Below, in pieces: positions 21,660-31,858 of a DNA stretch of 64,000 nt; within the stretch, counting starts at the first letter, position 1, and the number at the start of each line of letters is the position of its first letter. A model generated the notes under the pieces. The model did no database searches. It was not told where the DNA came from and saw only the letters and a program-made list of their open reading frames with translations. Both the position numbers and the translations under genes were made by a program. Origin of the DNA: Thermodesulfobacteriota bacterium (GTDB taxonomy: Bacteria > Desulfobacterota_D > UBA1144 > Nemesobacterales > UBA2774); the NCBI GenBank assembly GCA_965216785.1, contig OZ244197.1, forward strand, positions 25,120 to 89,119, read 5' to 3'.

Positions 21660-23429
21660 CTACTGCTCAGGATATAGACTAGGCAGCCTTTCCGATCTAT
21701 AAACTGTCCATCCGTTCATATTCTCGGGATTATCATCCTCTATAGATAGGTCAAAAACCTTCTCAGCCGGTGTTGTATGAGTTACTTCGATTATGCGTGG
21801 TGTGGTTATTGCTGTTGCAATATTATCTGTAGGAACACCTTCAGCATCCTTAGCAACACCTCCGTGAGTGATCAGCACATTACCAGTTACAGGCATATAG
21901 TCCGCATCGCCAATGAAAGGAGCGTAAAGTATTTCATCCGCAAATTCCCCGAATTCCCAAACCTGCTCTATCTCCATGTTGTCCAGATCAAGTGAGTATT
22001 CCACAGCTCTACTGAAGTTTTCTGACGCGGGGACAGTCTCATCAAAAGGACTTGCTTTCAAATTACCGTTATCGTATATCAATATATTTCCGTTAGGCAA
22101 TACCATAGGTGCATGCTGGTGAAATTGCCAAAGGAAATTCAGTCCGATAGGGTCAAAAAGTAAGTCACCAAAAATATCTGTATCCCAGTTAGCATGGGTA
22201 CCTATTATCCAAGACAGGTCTCCAGTTGCTCTGTCGAATTTGATTACAGCGTCTTGGTGTCTCAAGGAGACAATAATAGAATCATCGGATGGATCATATA
22301 TAACGGCATTTCCATGGCTCCAATCCTTGGTTCCTTGCTCGAATTCAGGAAAGGTCGCATTCCAAAAACCTAAAAGGGAATTATATCCTATTCTGAAAGG
22401 GTCCAGCATTTCCAGAATAGACCATTCATTTACAATAGTCCCATCTGTTGAGAGCTCTAAAACAGTATCCCCCGCAACAAAAGCACTCTCAGTCGGGGCT
22501 AACGGATCGGTATCACTAGCAGGAAAATTGTCTATTAAAATTACTTCAACGCCTAGTGTAAGTAAATTGCCATTTGGCATCTCGAACACTTCATGGTGAA
22601 ACACATCAGTATTTACGACAATACTGTCAGGACCTGCCGTACTACTTAACAGTGTATGCCATTGTCTTACAATATCTCCCAACATATTAATTTCAGTAAT
22701 AGTACTATTACTTTCAATAAATAGAATGTTTCCATTTGATATTCGGGTAACATCACCGTAAGCAACATCATCAAACCTTTTGTACCAAACGACATCACCT
22801 TGTGCATTTACAGCTACTAAAAAAGAGCCTAATTCCGTGTTAGCCACACGTGGTCTCAGAGGAAATATCGTAACACCAGGCTCCATCATCTCAGGATTAC
22901 TTGTTACCTCGATCGGGGGGAAACCCTCCGGCAATGGATCGGTGTCTACTAAGATTGGCTGATCAAACTGAGTTTGGTTTCCGAATGCGTCGCTTACAGT
23001 GATCTGAAGCATAAAACTGCCGTCCGGAGTAAAACCTAAAATCGGAAGTGAGTGCTCAATAGCCCGATCATCAAACTCAATTGTCAATGACTCGAATGCG
23101 CCTCTATTTAGAGTTGTAGTAGTTGTTGTAGCTTCGGTGATTGTAACGCTCACAGATGTAGGCTCATCTGTTCCAAGCTCGAGCAGTCCCGCAAGCGGGG
23201 TGTCCGGGTTGGGCGCCAAAGTGAATATAGGCTGGGACGTGAAAACAGGAGCGGTGTTATCATTTTCTATATTAGAAGAGTCACCGGATGCGGCATCTCC
23301 TTCAAACCCATTGAAATTATCGTCACAGCCTGCAGCCAACAGGATTAATGCAAGAACTGGCACTAATACAATGTAACGATTAGATAACCTCAGAATATTA
23401 AAAAAGTGTAATACTCCGTATTGACCCAT
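21660..23429 (-). CDS. Secreted lipoprotein, arylsulfotransferase (ASST)-like beta-propeller
   Basis: Signal peptide plus lipobox LLAAGC. Motifs FHHEVFEMPNGN and DWSHGNAVIYDPSDDSIIVSLRHQDAVIKFD resemble PAPS-independent aryl-sulfate sulfotransferase propellers. Assignment is from remembered motifs only. Confidence 0.45.
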   Translation of the reverse strand: MGQYGVLHFFNILRLSNRYIVLVPVLALILLAAGCDDNFNGFEGDAASGDSSNIENDNTAPVFTSQPIFTLAPNPDTPLAGLLELGTDEPTSVSVTITEATTTTTTLNRGAFESLTIEFDDRAIEHSLPILGFTPDGSFMLQITVSDAFGNQTQFDQPILVDTDPLPEGFPPIEVTSNPEMMEPGVTIFPLRPRVANTELGSFLVAVNAQGDVVWYKRFDDVAYGDVTRISNGNILFIESNSTITEINMLGDIVRQWHTLLSSTAGPDSIVVNTDVFHHEVFEMPNGNLLTLGVEVILIDNFPASDTDPLAPTESAFVAGDTVLELSTDGTIVNEWSILEMLDPFRIGYNSLLGFWNATFPEFEQGTKDWSHGNAVIYDPSDDSIIVSLRHQDAVIKFDRATGDLSWIIGTHANWDTDIFGDLLFDPIGLNFLWQFHQHAPMVLPNGNILIYDNGNLKASPFDETVPASENFSRAVEYSLDLDNMEIEQVWEFGEFADEILYAPFIGDADYMPVTGNVLITHGGVAKDAEGVPTDNIATAITTPRIIEVTHTTPAEKVFDLSIEDDNPENMNGWTVYRSERLPSLYPEQ

Positions 23430-23496
23430 TTATCCTTCCTCCTTTATCAATCAATAATACCTTATTTCGGAAATTCTACTCAGCTATTTTTTATTC

Positions 23497-23982
23497 TTAT
23501 CTATTTTTCTTAGGCCTGTCCTTCTCTTCTATATACTCACCTATCTTAGTATTTCTTCTGACCGAGGGGGGAAGGTTGGAAAGGTCCGGTTTTGGCATAT
23601 TAGTTGAAAGATCGCTCGTAAAAGCAAAACTAGAGACGACCTTCTCAACTTTCTTAGTGTCGCAAAACGGGCACCTGACTTTATTCTCGTCCTTATCTTC
23701 ATAGATAAGCTCGGAAAAACGATAGTTCTTCCCTAGATTGAAAAACACCAGAGTCGTTCCTTCATTAAGATAAAAATCCAAATCGACAGCGTCTTTATCA
23801 CGCTTACCGTGTTCACCCAAGATTGTTTCTTTCTCCGTATCATAAACTACTACATGATTTATATTGTCATACTTCTTAACCAGCTCGGATACGGTTTTTT
23901 TATTCGCTTTATTAGCAATTGACTTCAAAGAATCATCTACGTTTTTCCTGCATACCGTGCATTCATATTCAAATAGCGGCAT
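23497..23982 (-). CDS. FmdB-like zinc-ribbon protein with ~90-aa insertion (paralog A)
   Basis: MPLFEYECTVC (FmdB-type N-terminal CxxC). The second CPFC pair is ~95 aa later. Lys-rich. Confidence 0.55.
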   Translation of the reverse strand: MPLFEYECTVCRKNVDDSLKSIANKANKKTVSELVKKYDNINHVVVYDTEKETILGEHGKRDKDAVDLDFYLNEGTTLVFFNLGKNYRFSELIYEDKDENKVRCPFCDTKKVEKVVSSFAFTSDLSTNMPKPDLSNLPPSVRRNTKIGEYIEEKDRPKKNR

Positions 23983-24000
23983 CTCACTCCTCCGGATCTA

Positions 24001-24504
24001 TTATCTATTGAAATATTGATTCAGATGGTCCTGACCTACCCAATCGTTTCGCTGCTCTTCATCTTTTTGCTGCTTATACTCTAAATGCCATTGGAGCTCG
24101 TCCCCTGGACCGGGCGCCCTTTTACTTTTATCCTCGAATATGGCTTTAAACGTCGAGAACACTCTCTGAAGACCCTTGCCGTCACATATCGGGCACCTGA
24201 GCTTTTTTTCATCCTTCTTGTCGTAAATTAGCTCGCTGAATCTAAAATTCTTGAGCTCAAGATAAAGGACCTTTTTGTTTTCAAGAGTATATTTAAATCT
24301 TCTTAGCGTCCTGCTATCACTTTTTTCGCCCAAGGCGAAAAGGGGCTTTTTCTTCTTCCCTTCTGTTACTTCTATATAAGTGAACCCATCGTTACTTTTC
24401 TTAATCCTGGACGCATTGGTCTTGTTGAGTTTCTCTACAAGGGTGTCAATGTCTCTGTTATACCTCTCTATGCACTCTTCGCATTCATATTCAAATAGCG
24501 GCAT
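24001..24504 (-). CDS. FmdB-like zinc-ribbon protein with insertion (paralog B)
   Basis: MPLFEYECEEC...RFSELIYDKKDEKKLRCPICD. It shares the block RFSELIY[ED]K.DE.K.RCP.CD with paralog A. The two are tandem, 18 nt apart. Confidence 0.55.
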   Translation of the reverse strand: MPLFEYECEECIERYNRDIDTLVEKLNKTNASRIKKSNDGFTYIEVTEGKKKKPLFALGEKSDSRTLRRFKYTLENKKVLYLELKNFRFSELIYDKKDEKKLRCPICDGKGLQRVFSTFKAIFEDKSKRAPGPGDELQWHLEYKQQKDEEQRNDWVGQDHLNQYFNR

Positions 24505-24657
24505 TATGTCACTCTCCTAATTCGGTAGAGAAATAATAATAACTCAAATTTTAGGTTTGCTCTAGTTATACGTAACCCGGACGCAGTGGATTTGACAAAA
24601 TATCCCCTGCTCAGATACTAATCCAATAACCCCTTATTAAGTATATCGGAAAAAATT

Positions 24658-25449
24658 ATGTCTGTTACAGATGAGCTGATAGTTGAAGAAAAAGGCGCCA
24701 TATGCACGCTCAGATTTAATAGAGCAGAGAAGAGGAATTTGCTCACCCCCCAAATGCTGCTTGAGCTTAAGAGCACTTTTGAGAGACTGGCAGAAGAGAA
24801 CAGGGTTAGATGTGTCGTTATTACCGGGACGGGGGATAAAGCGTTTTCCTCTGGCTATGATATATCTGCAATTGGGGAAGACGATATGATCAGAAACCAT
24901 GAGGGAGAAAACCCTCTTCCTTTGGCGGCAAGAGCTATTGAAAATTTCCCATACCCAGTGATCGCCATGATGAACGGGCACGCATTCGGAGCCGGTCTTG
25001 AGATAGCCGTAACGAGCGACATTAGGGTCCTAGCACAAGGCTCTCTATTGGGCATGCCCCCGGCAAAGCTCGGTGTTGTTTATTCGTACAGAGGTGTAAA
25101 AAAATTCCTGAACCTAATCGGACCCGGATACACAAAAGAGCTCTTTCTTATCGGTAAAGCAATCAACGCAGAGAGAGCTGAAGCTATGGGGCTTGTGAAC
25201 TATTTGGTACCAGCAACCGAGTTAGAAAAATTTACTTACAGCCTGGCTGAGGAGATTTCGGAAAACGCTCCTCTATCGCTTAAGGCTCTTAAGGAAATGA
25301 CAAAAGTCTGGGAAAGAAAAAAGATTGTGAGTCCGACTGATGAGTCGCTTTTAAGAGAGATGATATTAGATGTACAGAACAGCGCCGACTATAAAGAGGG
25401 GCAGAGGTCATTCTCCGAGAAGAGAAAGCCAAAATTTAAGGGGGAGTAG
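24658..25449 (+). CDS. Enoyl-CoA hydratase/isomerase (crotonase family)
   Basis: LRFNRAEKRNLL..., VVITGTGDKAFSSGYDI (oxyanion hole) and GHAFGAGLEIA. Confidence 0.85.
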   Translation: MSVTDELIVEEKGAICTLRFNRAEKRNLLTPQMLLELKSTFERLAEENRVRCVVITGTGDKAFSSGYDISAIGEDDMIRNHEGENPLPLAARAIENFPYPVIAMMNGHAFGAGLEIAVTSDIRVLAQGSLLGMPPAKLGVVYSYRGVKKFLNLIGPGYTKELFLIGKAINAERAEAMGLVNYLVPATELEKFTYSLAEEISENAPLSLKALKEMTKVWERKKIVSPTDESLLREMILDVQNSADYKEGQRSFSEKRKPKFKGE

Positions 25450-25521
25450 ATAGATTGCGAAGCCAGCCATTTCTAAGACTAATAATTAACCCATTTAACA
25501 ACTCTTAATAATATATAATTC

Positions 25522-26418
25522 TCATTTGCCGTAGCCGAATTCACTAATAATACTATCTCTTTCAGTCCACTTATCGCTTACTTTAACCCAGAGCTCGAGG
25601 AAAACTTTTGTGCCGAGTATGCGCTCAATGTCAGCTCTTGCTAGGCTGCCGATTTCCTTAAGCATCTCACCGTTTTTACCGATGATTATACCTTTATGGT
25701 TTTTCCTCTCTACATAAACCACGGCGGATATTCGTACCAGATTCTGATCAGGCACGTCCGTAAATTCTTCGATCTGGACCGCAGCCGAATAAGGTATTTC
25801 CTTATGCGTAAGCTGGAAGATCTTTTCCCGTATGAGCTCCGCCGCAAGGAACCTCTCGGGCTGATCCGTGTACATATCCCCGGGGAAATATTTAGGCCCC
25901 TCGGGCAAATGCTCTTCGATCACACGTACAAGCTCCAAAGTGCCGTCAGAGTTCTTCGCCGAGATGGGAATAATGTCCGAGAATTTCCCTTCGAATTCAC
26001 GAGAGAGCTCGAGGATGGTGAGGATATCTTTTTTCTTAATCTTATCTATTTTATTTATAACCAGTATTGCGGGCTTGGGCAGCCTCTCTATGATAAACCT
26101 GTCACCCTTTCCGAAGGGGTTATCTACTTCTACCATCATTAGTATAACGTCCGCTTCCTGAGAGGCCGCAACCGCAGTCTGTACCATCGCTTTGCCGAGC
26201 CTGCCTCTGGCTTTGTGAATACCGGGAGTGTCAAGAAATATCATCTGTGACGTGGGAGTGGTTCTGATCCCGAGAATCTTGTTGCGTGTCGTGTTGGGTT
26301 TGTCGGAGACGGCGGCGATCTTCTCCCCTACAAGTGCGTTTATAAGCGTAGACTTGCCTACGTTCGGTCTTCCGATTACTGAGATAAACCCTGAATGAAA
26401 TTTCTCTTTATCGCTCAT
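25522..26418 (-). CDS. era: GTPase Era
   Basis: G1 GRPNVGKST, G2/G3 and a C-terminal KH domain. 298 aa. Confidence 0.9.
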   Translation of the reverse strand: MSDKEKFHSGFISVIGRPNVGKSTLINALVGEKIAAVSDKPNTTRNKILGIRTTPTSQMIFLDTPGIHKARGRLGKAMVQTAVAASQEADVILMMVEVDNPFGKGDRFIIERLPKPAILVINKIDKIKKKDILTILELSREFEGKFSDIIPISAKNSDGTLELVRVIEEHLPEGPKYFPGDMYTDQPERFLAAELIREKIFQLTHKEIPYSAAVQIEEFTDVPDQNLVRISAVVYVERKNHKGIIIGKNGEMLKEIGSLARADIERILGTKVFLELWVKVSDKWTERDSIISEFGYGK

Positions 26419-26439
26419 ATGATTAATCCTGCCATGACT

Positions 26440-27918
26440 CTATTCCTTTTCATATAAATATAAATTAAGCTTGCTAAAACTCCTCACAGGTTTTAAATTA
26501 TAGCCCTTTAGCACATCATTTTTAACTGATTCTTCATCGATCTTTGCGAATAGACCTATAACAACCCAAAATCTATCCGGAAGTTCACTTAATGCCTCAG
26601 AAGTAAGAGGTATGAAGTGTAAATCCTCCCTACCCTGGTAATATGCCGCCGTACTTACATCGAAAGACGGATAGACGAATACACTGTCGTTTTCCCGGGC
26701 TTTCTTTTCCACGTAGGTGACGGTCTCTCTCCATTGATGTTTTTGCGCATCGACATAGTAGATTCTGAGAGGCCATATGGATAGTACTAGTATAACTGCA
26801 GGGATAACGACTGTGAGTCTCTTATTGTGCAAGTTGCTGATACCTTTTGCTATGAGTAGAAAAAACGCAAGAGACGAGCCAATGATGTATCGTGTGTGAA
26901 GTATAGGAGTTGAAATATTAGATAATACAAAGGGAATAAGAATCGGCACTAGTAGCCATAGAAGAAGTAAATACATGCTGTATACATTTGAGAGGAAGGA
27001 ATTTGGAGCAGGAGCGCCTTTAATATCTAGAATATCTCGTATATGCTTCATATTGTTTATAGCTTTGTAATTGATAAACGAAAAAGCCGAAAGTACAAGA
27101 AACAAAATGAAGAGAACGTAGTCACGGCCGGAGAAATGGTAGAAGTACCTCGCAATATCAACCACTGTGGGCTCTGAAAGCCAGAAACCGCGCTGTATAG
27201 CGAGGGTGTTTTTGTACCATATTAAGAGTCCGGGGATAAATAGCAGGCCTATTATAACTTGAAGCGCTATCCACTTGGATAGTCTCAAACTGAAAACATC
27301 TCTGTTAACGAAATAGCGGGTAAAACAAAATATATTCTGCACAACCAGTATAAACACACCGTAAAAATGAGAGTACATGAGCAGCACGCTCGTTATGACA
27401 TAGCCTATAATATAGAGCGGATTCGAGCCGCTTAGGGTCTTTAAAAAGAAATAAAAAGAACATAGGGTGAGGAAAGCCAAGAGACTGTATGATCTGGCTT
27501 CCTGGGAGTACTCGATATGGAAAACCGAAACCGCTAAAATTAGTGAAGCTATTAATGCCGTAGTTTTGTTAAAAACCAGTCTCCCAACTGCGTATAACAC
27601 AAGAATCGAGCCTGTTCCTACGATTGCCGAGGGAAGTCTAAGCGAGAACTCCGAATGCCCGAAGAGGGAAACCCAGAAATGCATCAGCATATAGTAAAGG
27701 GGAGGATTGTTGTCGTTCTGACTAATCATCCAAGCGATGATTTCGCTAATCTTTAGCTCCGCGACCTGAGAAGTGACGACTTCATCAACCCATATGCTCT
27801 CCCCACTAAGATCATAGATCCTTAAGACGGCGCCCAGGAGTAGAATCAGTAAAAGGAGATAATTTTCTTCTATATATTTTAGTGAATGGTGGTTTTGCAA
27901 GTCGGTTTTCTCTATCAA
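26440..27918 (-). CDS. GT-C family glycosyltransferase (ArnT/PMT-like, GT39/83 fold), paralog 1
   Basis: Polytopic membrane N-terminus with RIYDL..ESIW.DE and NNPPLYYMLMHFW motifs. TTG start. Confidence 0.7.
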   Translation of the reverse strand: MIEKTDLQNHHSLKYIEENYLLLLILLLGAVLRIYDLSGESIWVDEVVTSQVAELKISEIIAWMISQNDNNPPLYYMLMHFWVSLFGHSEFSLRLPSAIVGTGSILVLYAVGRLVFNKTTALIASLILAVSVFHIEYSQEARSYSLLAFLTLCSFYFFLKTLSGSNPLYIIGYVITSVLLMYSHFYGVFILVVQNIFCFTRYFVNRDVFSLRLSKWIALQVIIGLLFIPGLLIWYKNTLAIQRGFWLSEPTVVDIARYFYHFSGRDYVLFILFLVLSAFSFINYKAINNMKHIRDILDIKGAPAPNSFLSNVYSMYLLLLWLLVPILIPFVLSNISTPILHTRYIIGSSLAFFLLIAKGISNLHNKRLTVVIPAVILVLSIWPLRIYYVDAQKHQWRETVTYVEKKARENDSVFVYPSFDVSTAAYYQGREDLHFIPLTSEALSELPDRFWVVIGLFAKIDEESVKNDVLKGYNLKPVRSFSKLNLYLYEKE

Positions 27919-27926
27919 TCTTTACC

Positions 27927-27975
27927 ACTAGTATTTATTTATTTGGGTGAGAGGTCAATTTCAGGATTAAATCAG
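27927..27975. repeat. Duplicated 5'-region segment (copy 1), paired with 29501-29548
   Basis: actagtatttatttatttgGgtgagaggtcaatt is near-identical to the segment upstream of paralog 2. The reverse complement contains TTGACC, a -35-like hexamer. Confidence 0.6.
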
Positions 27976-27996
27976 AAACTAAGATATTCTTAAAAC

Positions 27997-29472
27997 TCAT
28001 CTTCTGTAATGATAAAGTTTTAACTTGTGAAATTCCTTAAAGGACTCCACATTATAGTCTTCAAGGAGCTCCTGTGTAAGAGATTCTTTTCCCGCAGATC
28101 CGTGCCAGCTCATTACTACCCAGAAGTTATAGTTATCTTCATCGAGCTCTGAGAGTGACTCGCCGCTAAACTCTATCATCTCTAAATCATCTCTCTTCAA
28201 ATGATAAAGTCCGGTTCTTAATTCATAGTCGGGAGAAACCATTATAAGCTCTCCCGCATCCGCAGCTGATTCAAGGTAGGCAACGGTTTCCCGCCACTGG
28301 TGCTTATGGATTTTAAGGTAATATTCCCTAATATTTAAAAAGGAAAAGATTAGAACGATTCCCGTTAGAACTGCTAAAATTCTTTTATTCCCAAAACTCT
28401 CAATTCCCTTGGCAACTATAATGAAAAATGCAGCTGCCCCGCAAACTGCATAACGCACCTGGTACATCGGGGTAATCATTACTGATATCAAAAACGGGAT
28501 TATTATAGGTATAGATATCCATAGGACTAGTAAATATATTTTTTGTATGTAGGGAAGCTCCGTTTCACCCGATTTATCGTATTGGGATCTGATATAGCCG
28601 TTTAAGCTTTTTAGTCGGAATACGGATATTAGATTAAAAACCGCGAATACTGAGAAGATGGAGAACAAGACGAATAATGGCCAAGACCCGGAGTATGCTA
28701 ACACCGCTCCCGGTATCTCTTTAAGACTCGGAGCACTAAGCCAGAGTCCTTCCTTAGTGGCTCCTGCCTGCGCTATTAAATACAGGTGCGGCAAGTATAA
28801 AACAAACAAAATAAGCTGGAGCAATACCCATCGCCCTAAGCTTAATGACTTATATTCTCTGCTTAAAAGGAAGTTAGTGAAGATAAAAATATTTTGAGCT
28901 ATCAGTACAAATACGGCGTAGTAATGTGAAGATAGCAGGAGTAATGAGCTGATAATATATAAGGCACAAATCCAAAAGCTCTGTTGTTTAAGGAGCTTTG
29001 TAAAAAAATAGAAAGAAAGGATAGATAGTAACGCAAATAAGCTGTAGCTCCTGGCTTCCTGAGAAAGCTCTATTAACATTACTGAAGTTGCTAGAATGAG
29101 AGCTGAAAGAAGAGCGGTGTTTTTATTAAATAGGAGTTTTGCCATTTTATAAACGGCTATGATAGAGAGCACCCCGAATATAACCGAAGGAAATCGCACA
29201 GAAAAAGCGGAATCGCCAAAGAGCTTTATCCAATAATGCATAATCGAATAGTACAAAGGAGGGTGATTTTCGTTGTCCCTTAAGATTTCCTTTATAATTT
29301 CGACCGGACCATGTTTTGATATCTCTATCGTATAGGCTTCGTCAAGCCAGATACTCTCGCTACCGAGATCATAGATCCTTAAGATTGCGCCTAGGAGAAT
29401 GATTAGTAAGAGAAGATAGTTCTCTTCTATGAATTTTAGTGAATGGTAATTTGGCAAGGCAGCGATCCTCAC
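27997..29472 (-). CDS. GT-C family glycosyltransferase (ArnT/PMT-like), paralog 2
   Basis: Same motifs as paralog 1 (RIYDLGSESIWLDE, HPPLYYSIMHYW). GTG start. Confidence 0.7.
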   Translation of the reverse strand: MRIAALPNYHSLKFIEENYLLLLIILLGAILRIYDLGSESIWLDEAYTIEISKHGPVEIIKEILRDNENHPPLYYSIMHYWIKLFGDSAFSVRFPSVIFGVLSIIAVYKMAKLLFNKNTALLSALILATSVMLIELSQEARSYSLFALLSILSFYFFTKLLKQQSFWICALYIISSLLLLSSHYYAVFVLIAQNIFIFTNFLLSREYKSLSLGRWVLLQLILFVLYLPHLYLIAQAGATKEGLWLSAPSLKEIPGAVLAYSGSWPLFVLFSIFSVFAVFNLISVFRLKSLNGYIRSQYDKSGETELPYIQKIYLLVLWISIPIIIPFLISVMITPMYQVRYAVCGAAAFFIIVAKGIESFGNKRILAVLTGIVLIFSFLNIREYYLKIHKHQWRETVAYLESAADAGELIMVSPDYELRTGLYHLKRDDLEMIEFSGESLSELDEDNYNFWVVMSWHGSAGKESLTQELLEDYNVESFKEFHKLKLYHYRR

Positions 29473-29500
29473 TATTTATTAATACCAGTGCTTTATTATT

Positions 29501-29548
29501 ACTAGTATTTATTTATTTGAGTGAGAGGTCAATTGGAATTAGGATGAG
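29501..29548. repeat. Duplicated 5'-region segment (copy 2)
   Basis: See 27927-27975. Confidence 0.6.
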
Positions 29549-29716
29549 TGATAGAGGATTTTACCCCCAACCTACAATCTTCCCCTGCATTGGGGAGGGG
29601 AGATAAAATAGGCGAAAGCTAAAGGTAAGCGCACCTGATGCCGGCCCCTTGCGAATTTTATCTAAGAGGTTATGATTCCCTGTTTTTATAGACATATATA
29701 TGAATAAGGAGTTTTA

Positions 29717-31519
29717 GTGATGCTTGAACTGATGGGAGACTGGCAAAGGACTGATCGCTGCGGAGCACTAAGCGCATCTGACGTGGATAGGGATGTGCTG
29801 CTAATGGGGTGGATTCAGTCGCATAGAGACCACGGAGGGGTGATATTTATCGACCTCAGAGACCGTGAGGGACTGGTACAGATCGTATTTAACCCCGAGA
29901 TAAGTAAAGATGTGCATGAGATAGGAGAAACCTTAAGAGACGAGTGGGTAATAGCCGTTAAAGGCAAAGTGAAGAACCGCTCCGCCGAGACCATAAACCC
30001 CAACCTTCCAACAGGCGAGATCGAAGTGTTCGCAGACGAAGTAAGGGTGCTTAACACATCTAAAGTTATCCCGTTCCTAATTGAAGACGACATTAATGTA
30101 GACGAGCTATTAAGACTCAAGTACAGATATCTGGACCTCAGGCGCACAGCGATGAAGGACAACATAATTACGAGACATAAAACCGTCACCGCAACCAGGA
30201 ATTATTTAAACTCTGTGTCCTTTCTGGAAATAGAAACTCCTTACCTTACAAAATCTACCCCTGAGGGCGCGAGGGATTTCCTGGTGCCGAGCAGGCTTAA
30301 CCTGGGGCAGTTTTACGCCCTCCCACAGTCGCCCCAGATACTGAAGCAGACCCTTATGATCTCCGGGTTTGACCGCTACTACCAGATAGTACGCTGCTTC
30401 AGGGATGAGGACTTAAGAGCGGACCGTCAGCCAGAATTCACTCAGATTGACCTTGAGATGTCTTTTGTAAACGAGTCGGACATCAGGGATACAGTTGAGG
30501 GAATGCTGAAAGCTATATTCAAAGAAGCCGCAGGTAAAGAGATTGTAGCACCGTTCAAACGAATGAAATATGAAGAAGCTATGCTCCGCTACGGTACGGA
30601 CAAGCCCGACACCAGATTCGGGCTCGAGCTCGAGGATATAAGCGATGTTTTCAGGGAGTCTGAATTTAAAGTATTCAGCGGCGCGCTCGGGAAAGGCGGA
30701 ATTATTAAAGCTCTTAACCTGAAGGGGAAAGCGGGCGAGCTTTCGAGAAAAGAGATTGACGATCTGACTGAGGACGCCAAGACGCTCGGCGCAAAGGGGC
30801 TTGCCTGGATAAGGGTTTCAGGGGATGAGTGGCAGTCTCCTATAATCAAGTTTTTCAGTGATGAGGAAAAAGAGAACCTTCAAAAAACCCTGAACTTGGA
30901 AGTCGGCGATATAGTTTTCTTCGGAGCCGATTCGAGCCATATAGTAAACCTGGTGCTGTCGAATCTAAGACTGAAGCTGGGCGAGAAGTTCGGGATGATC
31001 GACCACGGCAAGTTTGAGTTTCTATGGGTAGAAGAGTTTCCGCTGCTCGATTATGACGAGAACGAGAACCGCTATACCGCCATGCACCACCCGTTTACCT
31101 CGCCCTTTGAAGAGGATATAGAGCTTCTTGAAACCGACCCCGGGAAGGTGAGATCGAGAGCGTATGATATAGTGCTGAACGGAGTCGAGATCGGGGGAGG
31201 CAGCATAAGGATTTATAGAAAGGATATTCAGGAAAAGCTATTCAGTGCAATCGGGCTGAGCAGCGAGGAAGCGGAGAGCAAATTCGGATTCCTACTCGAG
31301 GCTCTTGAGTATGGAGCACCCCCACACGGTGGTATTGCTCTTGGGCTGGACAGAATAGTAATGCTAATAGCAGGGGCAAGCTCGATAAGAGACGTAATCG
31401 CTTTTCCTAAAACGCAAAAGGGCGCGTGCCCGCTCACTGAGGCCCCGTCGGAAGTGGATATCGCACAACTGCTTGAGCTGGGTATAAAGCTCGATATAAA
31501 AGAAGAAGACAAGCAATAA
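29717..31519 (+). CDS. aspS: Aspartate--tRNA ligase
   Basis: 600 aa. N-terminal OB anticodon-binding domain, class II motifs FRDEDLRADRQPEFTQID and GGGSIR. Confidence 0.95.
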   Translation: MMLELMGDWQRTDRCGALSASDVDRDVLLMGWIQSHRDHGGVIFIDLRDREGLVQIVFNPEISKDVHEIGETLRDEWVIAVKGKVKNRSAETINPNLPTGEIEVFADEVRVLNTSKVIPFLIEDDINVDELLRLKYRYLDLRRTAMKDNIITRHKTVTATRNYLNSVSFLEIETPYLTKSTPEGARDFLVPSRLNLGQFYALPQSPQILKQTLMISGFDRYYQIVRCFRDEDLRADRQPEFTQIDLEMSFVNESDIRDTVEGMLKAIFKEAAGKEIVAPFKRMKYEEAMLRYGTDKPDTRFGLELEDISDVFRESEFKVFSGALGKGGIIKALNLKGKAGELSRKEIDDLTEDAKTLGAKGLAWIRVSGDEWQSPIIKFFSDEEKENLQKTLNLEVGDIVFFGADSSHIVNLVLSNLRLKLGEKFGMIDHGKFEFLWVEEFPLLDYDENENRYTAMHHPFTSPFEEDIELLETDPGKVRSRAYDIVLNGVEIGGGSIRIYRKDIQEKLFSAIGLSSEEAESKFGFLLEALEYGAPPHGGIALGLDRIVMLIAGASSIRDVIAFPKTQKGACPLTEAPSEVDIAQLLELGIKLDIKEEDKQ

Positions 31520-31546
31520 CCGGCAAGCTTTTAATAGGCCGAATAT

Positions 31547-31768
31547 TTATTTGACAACTTCGGGGGACTTACAGTTCTTCATAGCACTCTCAAGCCAATG
31601 ATCGGCTTCCTCTTTAGTCTCAAACTTCTCTGACCATAAGGTGTCGTTCCTGTACTCAAATTCCCACACCCAGCCGTCTGTGGGACGGCCTAAGCGGATC
31701 ACGAGCACCTGTTTCAGGTTTATCCAGCAAAGCTCCCCGACCTTGGATTTAATCTGAATAAACATCAC
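31547..31768 (-). CDS. Hypothetical small protein
   Basis: 73-aa ORF with no recognised motif. Confidence 0.3.
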   Translation of the reverse strand: MMFIQIKSKVGELCWINLKQVLVIRLGRPTDGWVWEFEYRNDTLWSEKFETKEEADHWLESAMKNCKSPEVVK

Positions 31769-31858
31769 ATCCTCCTATGTTACAGTGCTAATAAACTCGG
31801 TGAATAAAATTATCAATGCTATTATTCTTTCTTTTCTTGTTAGATTAATCAAGCCTTT

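Noticed and set aside
24637-24981. 114-aa reverse-strand ORF
   Set aside because: Lies entirely antisense within the well-supported enoyl-CoA hydratase gene. No motif. Spurious.
29473-29716. T-box or other riboswitch leader upstream of aspS
   Set aside because: No specifier loop or T-box consensus (AATTAGGGTGGTACCGCG) found. The region instead holds the duplicated promoter segment of the upstream reverse-strand gene.
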